64,000 nt of DNA from Leptogorgia sarmentosa (lineage: Eukaryota): NCBI GenBank assembly GCA_964658305.1, contig OZ210885.1, forward strand, positions 17,422,001-17,486,000. The letters are read 5' to 3'. The position numbers were made by a program, and so were the translations under genes. Below are positions 24,101 to 36,828 of this stretch, one piece after another; within the stretch, counting starts at the first letter, position 1, and every line of letters starts with the position of its first letter. A model generated the notes under the pieces. It worked only from the letters and a program-made list of their open reading frames with translations, was not told where the DNA came from and searched no databases.

Positions 24101-25738
24101 GGAACAATTGTGTAGGCTGATGGCAGACATGTCACTGACTTTGATGAAGTGCCCGGACCAATCACTGGTACACCACGATCAGTTCCACCATCTGTGTGTG
24201 ACGGATGTTGCATAAGCGAGATTCCTGTACAATGGAAAGAATCTTTGGCGGTTGCAGAACTTGGATTGTGGTCAATGTTGTCCACAGCTCCTGTTGTGAA
24301 CAGTCCTTGACGCAACTTTGGTGGGCAGACAACATCTTCCATCCTAAAGCGTTGGCAGACACCATTGGCAATGTCGGATGTAAGTTGTAACAGCCTGTCG
24401 TAGGAGACACAGCCCCAGCTTGAACAGTGTGTCAACCAGCCCTCTACTGCGTGTAACTGCGTGGATCTTGAGAGACAGAGTGGTATTGGAGTCTCTCTGC
24501 TGCGGCTATGACGTGCTGAGCTTGATGCATTCATGTTCCGTGCATGCTTCACGCTGTTAAACACCATCAATTGGGCGATTGTTAAGGCAGGTTTTGTGGT
24601 GGTCGTGTGGATCAGCTGATTCTGATCCTTTATGTTTGCCCCATCGAGTATCATGTTGACCAGAGCCAAAAGGGATGGTGGCACAGCTTCCTCCTGGCAG
24701 TTTGCCTTGAACGTCCCATCAAACACGAAACCTGAGTCGAATATTTCTTTGCGCACTACTTTTGCTGCTCGCATCAAGTGCATGGCATCACTATGATGAG
24801 AACAGGCCATCATTAGGGCTAGTCCAATGTTCTTCTCGAAACTCAAAAGTGTGTCTCTGCCTTGCGAATAAGCTCTCAGGTCAGGAAGCGCGGTAAGCAG
24901 TCTATTTTTCAGTCTGGTGGCGTGAATCCGTTTCTCTACAGTTACACCAAGCTGCTCCAATCTCACCTTGTACAATTCAGTTAGGTCTACCAGTTTGAAA
25001 ACGGGAGCAGTGTCCTCATCACTCTTCGAGGAATGCCACTAACTCAGAAAAGGCTATGCCATGCAGGCAAGAATCATCTTCATCATTGCCTTTGGGTGCG
25101 GCCTTCCTGGCTCTGTTATACAGTGAACGCAAACAGTCGTGATGGTATTTGGCTTCAATGGCAATCATGTCTCCTGCTGCTAGTTTGGCCAGCAAAGCAG
25201 TGTCTTCGAGTTCAAGGGCAATCCTACGTACATTTACGTCAATTGAGTAGGTCGATGCATTGTGTAACACTGCAGAACCAGCCGGCCCGTTGCAAAAGAA
25301 ACAAGTAGGCTCTGTGTTCATTGGATGAGTGTGAGCAGATCGTGTATGCAGAGTAGAGGTAATTGGCTGTTGTACTGTACAAGATTCTCTCCGACTTTGC
25401 TCATCATACGACTTTTTATTGAATTTCAAGCGACATTTCTTATGCCACACCGCCTTGTGTGCCTGCAAAGTGGCTTCTATGCCATTTCCATCATCCAGTT
25501 GGTCCAAGTCCAGGTCCATTGGCATATGCTGAAGAGTCTGGAATCGGAGTAGGTCTTCTGCCAATGATGTATAGCCACTACCAACAGGCTGTTTTGTCGA
25601 TTTAAGTGGGCACTGTAAAGATTCATTTTGAACTTCTCTACAGAGGATACAAATGTCCCAGTTGATGCTTGGTGTTGGCTTGGATCGTTTGGATGGAATA
25701 GATCGGGCAGGATCAATCAATACATGATGCTTCGGCAT
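21190..25738 (-). pseudogene. Academ transposase with XPG/FEN1-like nuclease and C-terminal Cys8 finger; frameshifted
   Basis: ORFs 25019-25738 + 21190-24975: DNIDH, DQPLY, GGLH, DQSHEQNN; EEADTR, DTDV, TGCDTVSTFAGRGKKTAW (XPG-I/H3TH-like); CSCKKGCTGRCKC...CVC. Frameshift at ~25020 and a compensated shift around 24410-24475. Confidence 0.85.
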
Positions 25739-26475
25739 GTTTGAGACAAGAAAGAATAAGGCTGAGCCCGCACTCTTGACCGCTGATCGGTGCCAACTTA
25801 GCTTACAAAGATGCTAATATGGAACATTTATACATGGTTATATCTTATAATATATTTGTGTACTTATTAAAACCTTTTTTTTTCAAATTTGTAACAAAAA
25901 TACTGGACCTGTTATCAGGACAAGTATTCACTGGTATTATATACTAACTGCGATATAAGCACCCTAATTTTAATATACAACTGATGTAGCTGCAAAGATG
26001 AATTTTGGACACCATACTGAATTATTGACGTTGATCCATATGAGTCACCGACCGTATTTATGGGCATCATAAGGAAACTTTAGTATGACATCCCAACCAT
26101 TAGGTGCCACAGTCGTTTTGGAACAATTTGACCTTGAGCTTGACCTTGATTTTTAATAAACTACATATCGCGATTGTTCCCGACAATACTGGAACAGCCG
26201 AGTTAGTCTAAACTTAGTCTTAAAAAACACGACGAAACAAGCAGAAATTCACATAACACGTGTGCTTTATTAGTACGCACGAACAAGACGCAAAAACGCG
26301 CCGGCGGTTTACGTTTAAGCAGCATCAACTGAAATACGTCATGACAGATACACTAATGCGTTCCTTAACATTCCCCTCCCGAATGCATTGCATTCGCTTC
26401 GAGTATGTATCAATAGACTTAGACTGTCCGTCACATAGTAACATAATGTCAACAAAAGTTCTAAATGTCAGTGAA

Positions 26476-29400
26476 TCATTCTTCTTCTTCTTCCACATAC
26501 TCCAAAGGACATATCCGGTGAATGGGTCTTACGTACTCCTTGTTTCTCGACTTGACTCTTACCACCCTCACGAGTCCATCGTCACCCGGGTATACCTCCA
26601 ACACTCTGCCCAGAGGCCATTCACCTCGGCTTGCGTTAGGTTCTATCATCATCACAACATCGCCATTCTTCAAGTTCCTCCTTGGGTGGAACCACTTTTC
26701 TCTCACGTTGATTCGTGGTAAAAACTCCTTTCTCCATCGCTTCCAAAACATTTTGAGAAGTTGTTGCACACAATGCCATCTTTTCTTTGGGTTGTATGCT
26801 TCTGTCTCGTCGAGTGCTTCCGGTGCGAATGGTCCACCTAACTGCCCAGTAAGAAAGTGGTTGGGGGTTAGTGGAGATAGGTCGTTATGGTCTGAACTCA
26901 CGTACGTAAGTGGCCTTGAATTCATCAGTCGTTCTGCCCTGCATATGGCGGTATGAAGTTCTTCATCATTCACATCAGCGTCTCCTAGTATGGCTCTGAT
27001 GGCTTTTTTCCCACTCTTTATTAACGCTTCAAAGACACCTCCAAACTGTGGGGCGATCGGTGGATTAAACTTCCAATCAATTGGGTGGAATTTCGTTGTT
27101 TGTCGGACGATTTTGTCGTTGTCTAGAGCTTTAGCGTTGTATAGAAATTTGTCCCATTGTCGCTAATGACAAACCGTGGCGTTCCCCTCCGTGATGCCAT
27201 ACGGGAAAATGCGTTGATAAAGGCATCTGTGTCTAACGAGTAGGACATCTCGAGGTGGACAGCCCTAGTGGTTAGGCATGTAAATAGACACAAGTATCGC
27301 TTCGCACGAACCCTTCCACGACCTTGCTTCGTCTTGAACGGTCCGGCGTAGTCGACACCGACTTTCTCGAAGGCACGAATCGAAGATAATCTGCTCTTTG
27401 GCAATGGGGCCATTCTCTGACTGGCTGGCTTGGTGGAAAATCTTCGACGGCATTCTGGACAAGTCTCGACGATACTTCGCACAACGCGTCGTCCTTGAAT
27501 GATCCAAAATTTAGTGCGCAACTGAGTAAGCGTAAGTTCTGTTCCAGAACCGTGTCCGAGAGTCCTATGTGCGTGGACAACAATTAAACGGGTGAAGTGG
27601 TGGTCTTTGGGTAACAGGATAGGACATCTTGTGTTATAGGAAAGCTCGTCAGCAAACCGTAATCGACCATCAATGCGAAGCACTCCATCACTTCCCTTCA
27701 TTGGACTTAATCGAGCTAACGAGACTTCTCGAATTCCTTTCGGAAAAGCTTCAGCTTGAACCTGTTTAACCCAAAATTTCTCCGAATCTGAGATCTCTGA
27801 CACATCGAGAGTTTGCGTAATTCCTGTCCGTCTGTTTCCGGATTTTGCAATTGATTGTGAAGCGTTTTACCCATCCAGTGACACGTAACAGGCATTCCAG
27901 GTTGGAAAAGCGGAGTAGGTCGATGCTCGGGGATTCCTGTTCATTGGTCACGTGCGTCCGCGTCGTTGCTCGTCTTTCAAACTCTCTCGTTGAAGGCAAG
28001 TCTCGGTTTCTCGGTGTTGCCGGCCATGCTGCTACACCACTCTTCAGGAATTTTGGTCCTCCCATCCAAAATTCACATGACGCCAACTCCTCGGCAGAAA
28101 GGCCTCGCGTCGCTAGATCTGCCGGATTCAACGTGCCGGGAACGTGATACCACTGATCGGGGTTGGTTGATCGTTGGATTTCCCCAATTCGATTCGCCAC
28201 AAAAGGTTTGAATTCACGGCTCTGATTTCGTACCCAGTGCCAAACGTTCTCCGAGTCTGTCCAGAAAAGGGCCCTGTCTACAGTCAACACTTTGAGGATG
28301 GTTTGAGCAAGGCGGACCGAAAGGATTGCGCCCATCAGTTCCAAGCGTGGTATTGTCATGGTCTTCACGGGGGCAACTCGACACTTCGATGCAACCAAGC
28401 AGGAGGAAATGGAGTGATCTCGGTAATGACAAACCAAATACGCGACGGTTGCATAGGCAGCTTTCGATGCGTCCGAAAAAAGATGCAGTTCGATCTTTTC
28501 AGGATGAGCTTTCCGTAAGCAGCGCGGAATCACTACTTTGGATAATAAGGGCAGTTCGCTTAGCCACTTCTCTCATTGCTTCCGAAGCTCGTCCAGTAAG
28601 ACATCGTCCCAGTCTATACCTGCTGTCCAGATCTCTTGCATTAACACCTTGGCTCTCAAAACAAATGGCGACAGGAATTGCAGTGGATCGTATAATGCGG
28701 CAATAGTACTCAGGACGTTTCTCTTCGTGGGTAATTCATTTGCATCTGGCTGCTTTACTTGGAATGAAAACGCATCTGCCTTGGCGTCCCACAAGACTCC
28801 CAGAGTTTTCGTCGAAGGCGTTTCCTGGCTGTTGATCTCAAAGGTGGATAGCCGGTCTTCCTCAGGAACATTGCGCAGAACCTCGTCATCATTGGAGGCC
28901 CACTTACGTAGTTTGAAGCCTGCCAGCGCTAGTAACTCGGAAAGTTGCAACTGCAAATTCTGGGCATCTGGGACCATTTCGCAGGAATCTAGGAGGTCAT
29001 CAACGTACATGGAGTGGTCCACTGATTCCGCTGCAGCAGGGTACTCTCGGGCGTGGGTCTGTGCATGACTGTGCAGTGTATATTGAGCGCAGAAAGGGGA
29101 TGCAGCATTCCCAAACAAAAGACGCTGAAACTCATATACTTTGGGCTCTTGGGTTGAATCATAATTTCGCCATAAAAAACGGTGATATGGGCGGTCCTGC
29201 TCCCGGAGGCTCACTTGCAGGAACATCTCTGAGATATCTGCGGTCAGGGCGATGGGTGCTTTTCGAAAACGGATGAGGATATCGACTATCTCTCTTTGAA
29301 GCTTAGGTCCTGGTCGGGTAGCGCTGTTCAAACTTTTGCCTTCGTGTTTCATAGCGGCATCGAACACTGTTCGTACGTTAGTCGTCTCTTTGTCTGGTCT

Positions 29401-32241
29401 GAATACTGGAAAATGAGGGAGAAGCCATTGTTCTTTTGCTTCAGACTTTGGTACTTCTCGTATATATCCTTTTCTCTCGTAGTCTTCAAATATCTGGTTG
29501 TAAGCTTCCATAACTTCCGTCCCCTTTTTCCTCAGAGATCTCTCCTGACTTTCAAGGCGTGCAAACGCGACTTCATAATTGTCACGAAACTTTGGTTCGC
29601 CCTCTTTCCAAGGGATTCCAATTTCATAACGCCCATCCTTGGACTGTAGGCTCTCGCTCACTTTCTCCACAGCTGCTTTTTCTTCGGCCGTCATGGCTGG
29701 GCTCGCTGTTTCGTCCTTGATTCCAATAGCGTCGAGCTCCCAAAATTTACGAATGGCATCATCCGATGGTCGGCGTTGGTCAACTACTTGGCTACGATAC
29801 GTGCGGGAGAAATAAGATCTTGAATCACGTCGAAAGTTCTCGATCAATGTGGGTCCAAAGCATACCCACCCTAAATTCGTCAAGCGCCCAATTGGATCAT
29901 TCGGCTTCGCTCCAGGGACTTCCTTCAAAACCATGTGGAAGATCGGATGATCACTTCCAATCATCACGTCGACTCTGCGCCGTCTTGAAACATTTGCGAA
30001 AGGAACATCGCAAAGATGTGGCCATCTCTCCTTCAATCTTGACCACTGTATGGCTGGGGTGTCACTTGCTATGTCGTCGAGCACGTGCGCTTGCAGTGGT
30101 GCTTTGAAAATGCCGTCGAGATTGGTTACAGATAGGTCGATGCGGCAAGACTCTTTCTGTATTTCTGTGCCTCTCGTTCCAGCGATCGTTAAATTCAGCG
30201 GTTGTCCCTTAAGCTCAAGCTCGCTTGCGGCAGCTTCAGTGATGTACGAACTTGTCGAACAAGGGTCCAACATCACGTTGACTTTAAGGTCCTTGCTCCC
30301 ATTGGAAATCAAGGCTGGAAGAATCATTAGGGATACATTGTCAATGTTACTCGTTCTGTAGGACCCTTGTTGGATACTTGAGTCAACAGAAGGGTCGTTC
30401 ACATTCGTGGGTTGCTCAGTGTGGTTGACTGTTGTTTCTGGAGCTGGCGGTTGTCTTGGTGAAAATGGTGCTGCGCCTGGCTGCATCGTTTGTCTAGATC
30501 TCTCGGCACGACCAGAGGGAGGGTTTTCATGAAGGTAGGAACTGTGATTGCTGCTTTGACATCCTCCGACTCCACATCTTCGGGCTCTTGCACAATTTCT
30601 ACTAAGATGACCAGCAGCCGAGCAACGATAACAACGACCTGCTTTTGTAATAAGTTCCTTTCGTTTCTTCACGGGAAGTTTCTTGAATCTCTCACATACC
30701 CAGGGAGGGTGATCTTCCTTGCAGTCATCCACAACACAGCTTCTTGTCGAACTTCTGGTGCTAAACCCTCTGGAACGTTGTCGTTCATTGGCCGTTTCCC
30801 TGTCAGATCTATGTCCTCCTTGCGTCTCCTCTTTCGCTTCTTCCATAACCTCTACCTTGAGTTCAACCCAGTTCACCAGAGACTCGAAGCAATCCTTGCG
30901 GGAATGGTCCATTAACCAAAACTTGTAGGCCTGAATATCTTGCTCGGATAACTTTTCTTTCGCTGATAAATCGAGGCTATGATCTTGCAGGGAGTTGCCG
31001 TCCTTAACTGTTATCAAGATTCGTTCCAGGAGTGCATGGAACTCCTCCATATCTTGCAAGTTTCGAGAGCGGACTTTCGGCCAGTTGCGCAAGGTGGTCA
31101 AGTGTTTGATTTGTAGACGTCTTTCCCCTCCATATTTCTTCTCTAGTTTTGACTTTGCTCTCTCGTAGGCTGCATCCGAATATCCCAAATCCTTTATCAT
31201 TGTCAGCGCTTTTCTTGATAGGCTGCTCTGCAATCGAAGCATCTTCTCACTGACAGGAATATTTTGGGTGTCAACCATAGACATAAAGGCAGCTTTCCAC
31301 GCCTCATAGTCAGCTTTATCTACGCCTGAAAATTTGGGAAGATCAACCCCTTTCAACTTGATTGGAGCTAAGACAGTTGCTTGGGTCGGATGTGGGGAAG
31401 GCTTTTCTGGTGGCAATTCGTTGTCTGAATCATGGTTAGCAAGAAAGTCCTTTACAGTGTCACATTCACTTTGCACAAGTAGTCGCTCAGCATGCTCTGC
31501 TCTAGATTTGTTCAATTGTGCTATCTTCCTCGCTTCTTCAGTGCGCTGCTTGGTCAGTTGTAATTCACCAGGTAATTTTTGCAGATCTTGCTCCTTTTCT
31601 TTTTGCTCTTGCTCCATTTCATGTAATCTCTCTTCTGACTCTTTTGCCTCTAACTGCTTTTGTTCCACAAGAACTGGCAATTCTGATGCCTGACTTTTCC
31701 CCAAAGATGGCATTTTACTTGGAACTGAGGACTTTTCACTACTTTTATGGGACTTGTGAGAAAGTGCGACAGATTCACCTTCCCCCTGTGCAAGCCTTTC
31801 CTCTATATGCTTTTCAACATTGCCAATTAAAGAATCTACCAGAGCACCGATCTCTTCCAATTCTGCATCTAATGCCTCAACAATTTCACCATTACCCTCA
31901 CTCTCTTCACTTGTTGCATAAATTTCTCTCATGTTGCATATTATTTTGGATATAATCTTCATTTCAGAGGTAATTTTTGCTGAAATTATACGCAAAGTAT
32001 TTTTGCTAGGCAACGGTGTATCCTCCAGTCGATTTTCAAGTAGATCATTCAGATGTTTCTTTGCCCTGGTTATTCTAGATTTAGCAGCTTTCTTATTGCT
32101 TTTTAAAGTTTGAATTTTGGTACTCACTGCACTTCCAGCTTCAGATTTGTTCCCATCCATCAGTTGGTTGTCGTGGTCACTTCCTTTCAGTTGGTCTTCT
32201 TTAACTGTATTTGCCACATCTGCACTGGCACTAGCCGCCAT
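26476..32241 (-). pseudogene. BEL/Pao gag-pol of element 2, broken by stops/frameshifts
   Basis: ORFs 28573-32262, 27766-28533, 27123-27803, 26476-26973: three Cys-His knuckles, MLDPCS protease, YVDD RT, FSDAS RNase H, GVDYAGP/SDNGTNF integrase. Confidence 0.92.
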
Positions 32242-32317
32242 ATTGGATTCGGTCGTAGTCAAAAACTGTCAAAATCTTCGTTAAATTTCCCGAATTTCCT
32301 GTCAAATTCCGGTCCAG

Positions 32318-32335
32318 ATCCGGCTCGAAGGACCA
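32318..32335 (-). promoter_or_regulatory. Primer-binding site complementary to tRNA-Tyr 3' end
   Basis: TGGTCCTTCGAGCCGGAT two bases after the 5' LTR; complement ATCCGGCTCGAAGGACCA matches the recalled 3' end of metazoan tRNA-Tyr. Confidence 0.85.
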
Positions 32336-32825
32336 TATGTTCCCGACAATACTGGAACAGCCGAGTTTGTCTAAACTTAGTCTTAAAAAACACGACGAAA
32401 CAAGCAGAAATTCACATAACACGTGTGCTTTATTAGTACGCACGAACAAGACGCAAAAACGCGCCCACGGTTTACGTTTAAGCGGCATCAACTGAAATAC
32501 GTCATGACAGATACACTAATGCGTTCCTTAACAGCGATCTTAAACGTATCACCAATTGGACGTTTATTCATAATTTTATCATACAAAGACACCTAATATG
32601 TTTTTCTACACTGCTTGGCTCCAAATTTTAGCGTGGTTGGTGTGATTACGTCATGAGAAATGGCGGCCATCTTGGATTGACCTTACACGGTCCCCAAGGT
32701 CAAAACCTGACTTCCCTCCACATCTGAAAATAAAGCTTATGGTATGCACTAACTATGTTAGAAATTTAATGCTTTTCTCAAAAAACGCACAATTCTTATA
32801 ATACGAGAGCTTATCTGCCACACTA

Positions 32826-35800
32826 CTCGCCCCAACTATCGAAAAACGTTCTCTTATTAATGACAGAACATGTTCCAACCCACTACGCCCTGCGAGCTGA
32901 TGGTAATATCTTGCAATCATTTTAGATATTGGACTGTCCTTTGGGATGATTAAGGGGTGTTTACTTTCGTCTGAAATAGGAGCGTTTGCTAGACGTCCTC
33001 CGACACAAAGGAGTTGACCTTTAACTTGAGGATCAAGTTTGTAGATGGGACTCGTTTTCTTGACTGAACCTTCCAGACATCTCTTCGCGCCGTCATTCTC
33101 TGCGTTAGCACCATTTAAACGAGATAGTTCCTCTCGATAACTTCTGCCTTGAACATACTTCACAATTTGCTTTTCTGCGAATAGCATCTCTTCGACAGTT
33201 AGCGGTTTTATTTCTGGGGTGGAGCCCTTTGTAGTAAATTCAGTCTTTCGGCTTCTGGTAGTTGCATTACGTAGATTTGCACGATATCGTAGTATCCATG
33301 TGACAAATTTCTTTAGCCCTTCCCATGATGAGAACCTCTTCAAAACTGCACCCATTGTAACTTGTGAACTGTTAATAGTTGAAAATGTTTGTACACTTAA
33401 TTTCACTTCTGGATCGTCATCACGAACAGTCGTTATGGTAGGCTGACTTGGCCAGAAATTCTGATGCTTCCATAAAAATCCTGGGCCATTAATCCATCGG
33501 GATTCAGTTAACAACGCCTCTGCAGATAGACCACATGATGCATCGTCGGCAGGGTTTTGCTCACTGTTGACGTATCTCCACTGAATCGGCAAACTCGCTT
33601 CATGAATGGCTGCAACTCTATTCGTCACAAACGTTTGGAATCGTTTGTTCTGGCTATTCAGGTAACCCAAAACACAGGTACTGTCTGTCCAAAATAGCGA
33701 TGTGTCGATATGAATATCACTTTCCTCTCGTACCATTCTCTCTAGCCTTGTCGCCACGACTGCTGCGGATAATTCCAACCGTGGAATCGTCGTTTCCTTC
33801 AGAGGAGCCACTCTCGATTTAGCAATCACAAATGAACAATGGATATTGCCCATTGAGTGCTCAAATCGTAAATAGGTAACTGCTCCGTAACCTCGTTGAG
33901 ATGCATCTGCGAAGGTGTGTAACTGTGTTGATGCAATTTCTTCGCTATTTGAAGGTCGCATACATCTAGGAATATGGAGCTGCTCGATTTTCGGTAATTT
34001 CTTTAACCAAGCATTCCAGCGTACAAGATGTTCGGCTTCAATAGGCTCATCCCAGCTTAACTTACTTCTACATAGCTCTTGCATCAATATCTTCGCTGAT
34101 AGTGTTACTGGTGCAGTGAAGCCAAGAGGATCGTACACAGAACTAACTATGGAGAGCAGTCCACGTCTTGTAGGTTGCTTTTCTTTGATAGACACTTTGA
34201 ACCCAAATACATCGTTAACCACATCCCAATTAACACCAAGAGCTCGTTGTATTGTTGGCTGCTCGAAGCTCAAATCTTTCACAGTACCAGATCTTTCTTC
34301 TTCAGGGATCGACGCAATTACTTGTGCTGAATTTGATGTCCATTTCGTCAAATGAAATCCTCCACTGGCTAGCAACGCCGTTAGCTCATTAGCCACTGAA
34401 ACGCCTTCGTCATCATCTGCTACAGACTTCAAGCAATCGTCCACATGGAAGTTTCTCTTGACTATCTCTGATATCTTTATACCAAATTCTTTGGAATTGT
34501 CGTCGGCAGTCCTTCGAAGTGCAAAATTTGCACAGCTGGGAGAGGAAGTGGCGCCGAACAGCTGAACTAACATCTGGAACTCCTGAGGTTCTGCTCCGAG
34601 GTTGTTTTCAGGCCACCAGAGGAATCGTAATGCGTCGTAGTCACTTGGAACGATGTGGACTTGATGGAACATTGATTCGATATCAGCCATCAGAGCCACA
34701 TGATCTTCTCTGAAACGAATCAAAATTCCGACTAAACTGTTTGTAAAATCTGGGCCCTGTAGTAATTTGTTGTTGAGCGACATCCCATGGAATACGGCGG
34801 CACAATCAAAGACGACTTGAACTTTATCTGGCTTGTTGGGATTGATTACGGGATGATGAGGTAGATACCACAAAGGCTGTTGAGGTTGGTCAATGGAACT
34901 CTTGGGAACGTTACGAGCATAGCCGTTATTTAGCATGTTGTCCATAAATTCAGCGTATTTCGAAAGCAAATCTGGATCTTTGACAAGCCTTTTCTTGAGA
35001 AGATTCAAACAATGCTCAGCCAACGCACGATTGTTCAGTAGACCAGGAGGGAAATTTCTCCATGGTAACGCCACTTCGTAATGTCCATCTTTCAGCTGCG
35101 CGGAGCCTTCCATCATACCAAGCGCACGCGAATCTTCGACCGACATTGCTAATTGATTGTCGAACGAAGAGTCATTGAATTCCATATCACAATAATTTCG
35201 GAATTGTTTATCAAGCCCATGATCCGATCGAATCAGGTTTGCGCAACGACGAGCAATTTCGTTTCTTCCTAGTGGGCCATTAATCATCCAGCCAAGGATT
35301 GTTCTTACAGCATACGGTCCTTTTCCGTTGCACTGCTTGACTTCCTTTGGCTCGAGTGCCTTGGGAACGTCGTTTCCAATTAAGAGACCAATCGATGCAT
35401 CGATTTCTTGCAACTTTACACCTTTAAGATGCAGCCATCTGTTGACATCTTCCTGTCGAGGGATGCTGGATTCGTTAACTGGTAATCGCTCAGTGGAAAA
35501 GACAATGGGAAGTTCAATCATGTTATCTTCGTTAAGATCGAAAACCTCCAAGCTATTCACACGGTACAGTTGATCGCACAATCTTCGCCTTGTAGGGTGA
35601 TTAATGATAGAGTTGTCCCTTTTCCTCGAACGCCAACTTGGTTCAATAATTCGTTCGTACAGAATGTCGTGTTGGAACCAGCATCTAGGAATGCATACGT
35701 CCTGATAACCCGGGAAGTGCCAGGACATCGTACTTTAACAGGTACAAGAGGTAGCCCAGTCTTTGAGACACCGGCCCCGATGACGTCAAATTTAGCTTTG

Positions 35801-36350
35801 GTGGCGTTCACGAACGCATTTTTCACATTCTCGTTGAGAGCGGAACCCACTCGATCATCAGAGATATTAGGAGAGTCAGGACCAGAAGATTTGTCGGCGA
35901 AACGTGGAGTGCTTTTAGGATGCAAGTAGGTGGAATGCTTGTCATTACAACCCGTTACAATGCAGAAACTCTCCTTAGGACATAATCTTGCTACGTGACC
36001 TTGGAACAAGCAATTGTCACATAGTCCACGTTTGCGAACGAATTTGCACCGACCTTCAAGAGATTCTTTCTGGAAATGACTGCACTGTGGTAAGATATGA
36101 TTGCCACTACACATTGGACACTTGAGACCCTTAAATTCCAACTTGGAATTGTCCACTTTTCCATCATTGGCAAACTTGCCATCGATCCAGAGAATTCCTT
36201 AATTCTTCCTTGAGTATCGCTATTCAACCGTCCAAAAATTGGGTGATTCAGAACTGTAGCCCTTGCTTCAACAAACTTTACGACATCATCAAAGGTTATT
36301 TCTCTCGACTTATTGTTGGTTATATCATCAGCAATTTCTTGCCATTTTGT
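32826..36350 (-). pseudogene. BEL/Pao gag zinc knuckles, aspartic protease, RT, RNase H of element 1 (frameshifted)
   Basis: ORFs 35557-36156 (CPMC..H..C knuckles, FLDAGS) and 32753-35728 (YLPHHPV, ADIESMFHQV, HVDDCL, FADAS, IPRLEL, NPADD). Confidence 0.9.
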
Positions 36351-36828
36351 CTTGACGACTAAATACTAAGCTATACTATATACACATGTACATAAAACTT
36401 ACAGATTTTGTCTTCTGTCCGGTAGCATTCACTGTTCATAGTAGAAATGTAGAAAAAAGATTCCGAAGCTAACTAACTATCGACTTTATACGCTCGCAAT
36501 ATAATTTATACACATGCAGACAATACGTTAATTAACAGGACAGACAACACAGTGGATTTAATCATGCATACAGATAATGGTTCCCATTTGGAATCAACAG
36601 ATACCATGATTACCATCATCTTCAAGAGGATGTATAGATTGTTCCAGAAGATCAATCTGCTCTGGTGTTAAGACAACAGCAGTTTCAGGAACAGTAACAT
36701 TGTCTGATTGGATGTTAGTGAATGTTTGATAAAAATCTGTGCCATAAAATGTCGTATCCCCTTCAAAATCTTGCACCTGATTTAGCATACCTGTATGCCA
36801 TAGGGCCAGAGGAGACTGGTGATTCATA

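Larger units (their letters stand above)
26175..32533 (-). mobile_element. BEL/Pao LTR retrotransposon 2, full length, nested in the Academ
   Basis: 196-bp LTRs 26175-26370 and 32338-32533; TSD GCGAT 26170-26174 and 32534-32538; PPT GGGAGGGGAA 26371-26380. Confidence 0.95.
20723..32825 (-). mobile_element. Academ (AcademX-type) DNA transposon, ~280-bp TIRs, 3-bp TSD
   Basis: Termini TAGTG... / ...CACTA; TIRs ~20723-21001 and ~32539-32825; TSD CTC at 20720-20722 and 32826-32828. Confidence 0.88.
19261..36599 (-). mobile_element. BEL/Pao LTR retrotransposon 1 (5' LTR partly deleted; carries nested insertions)
   Basis: 3' LTR 19261-19619 (TG..CA), partial 5' LTR 36354-36599, TSD GATAC at 19256-19260 and 36600-36604, PPT GGGGCCGGAA next to the 3' LTR. 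Confidence 0.93.
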
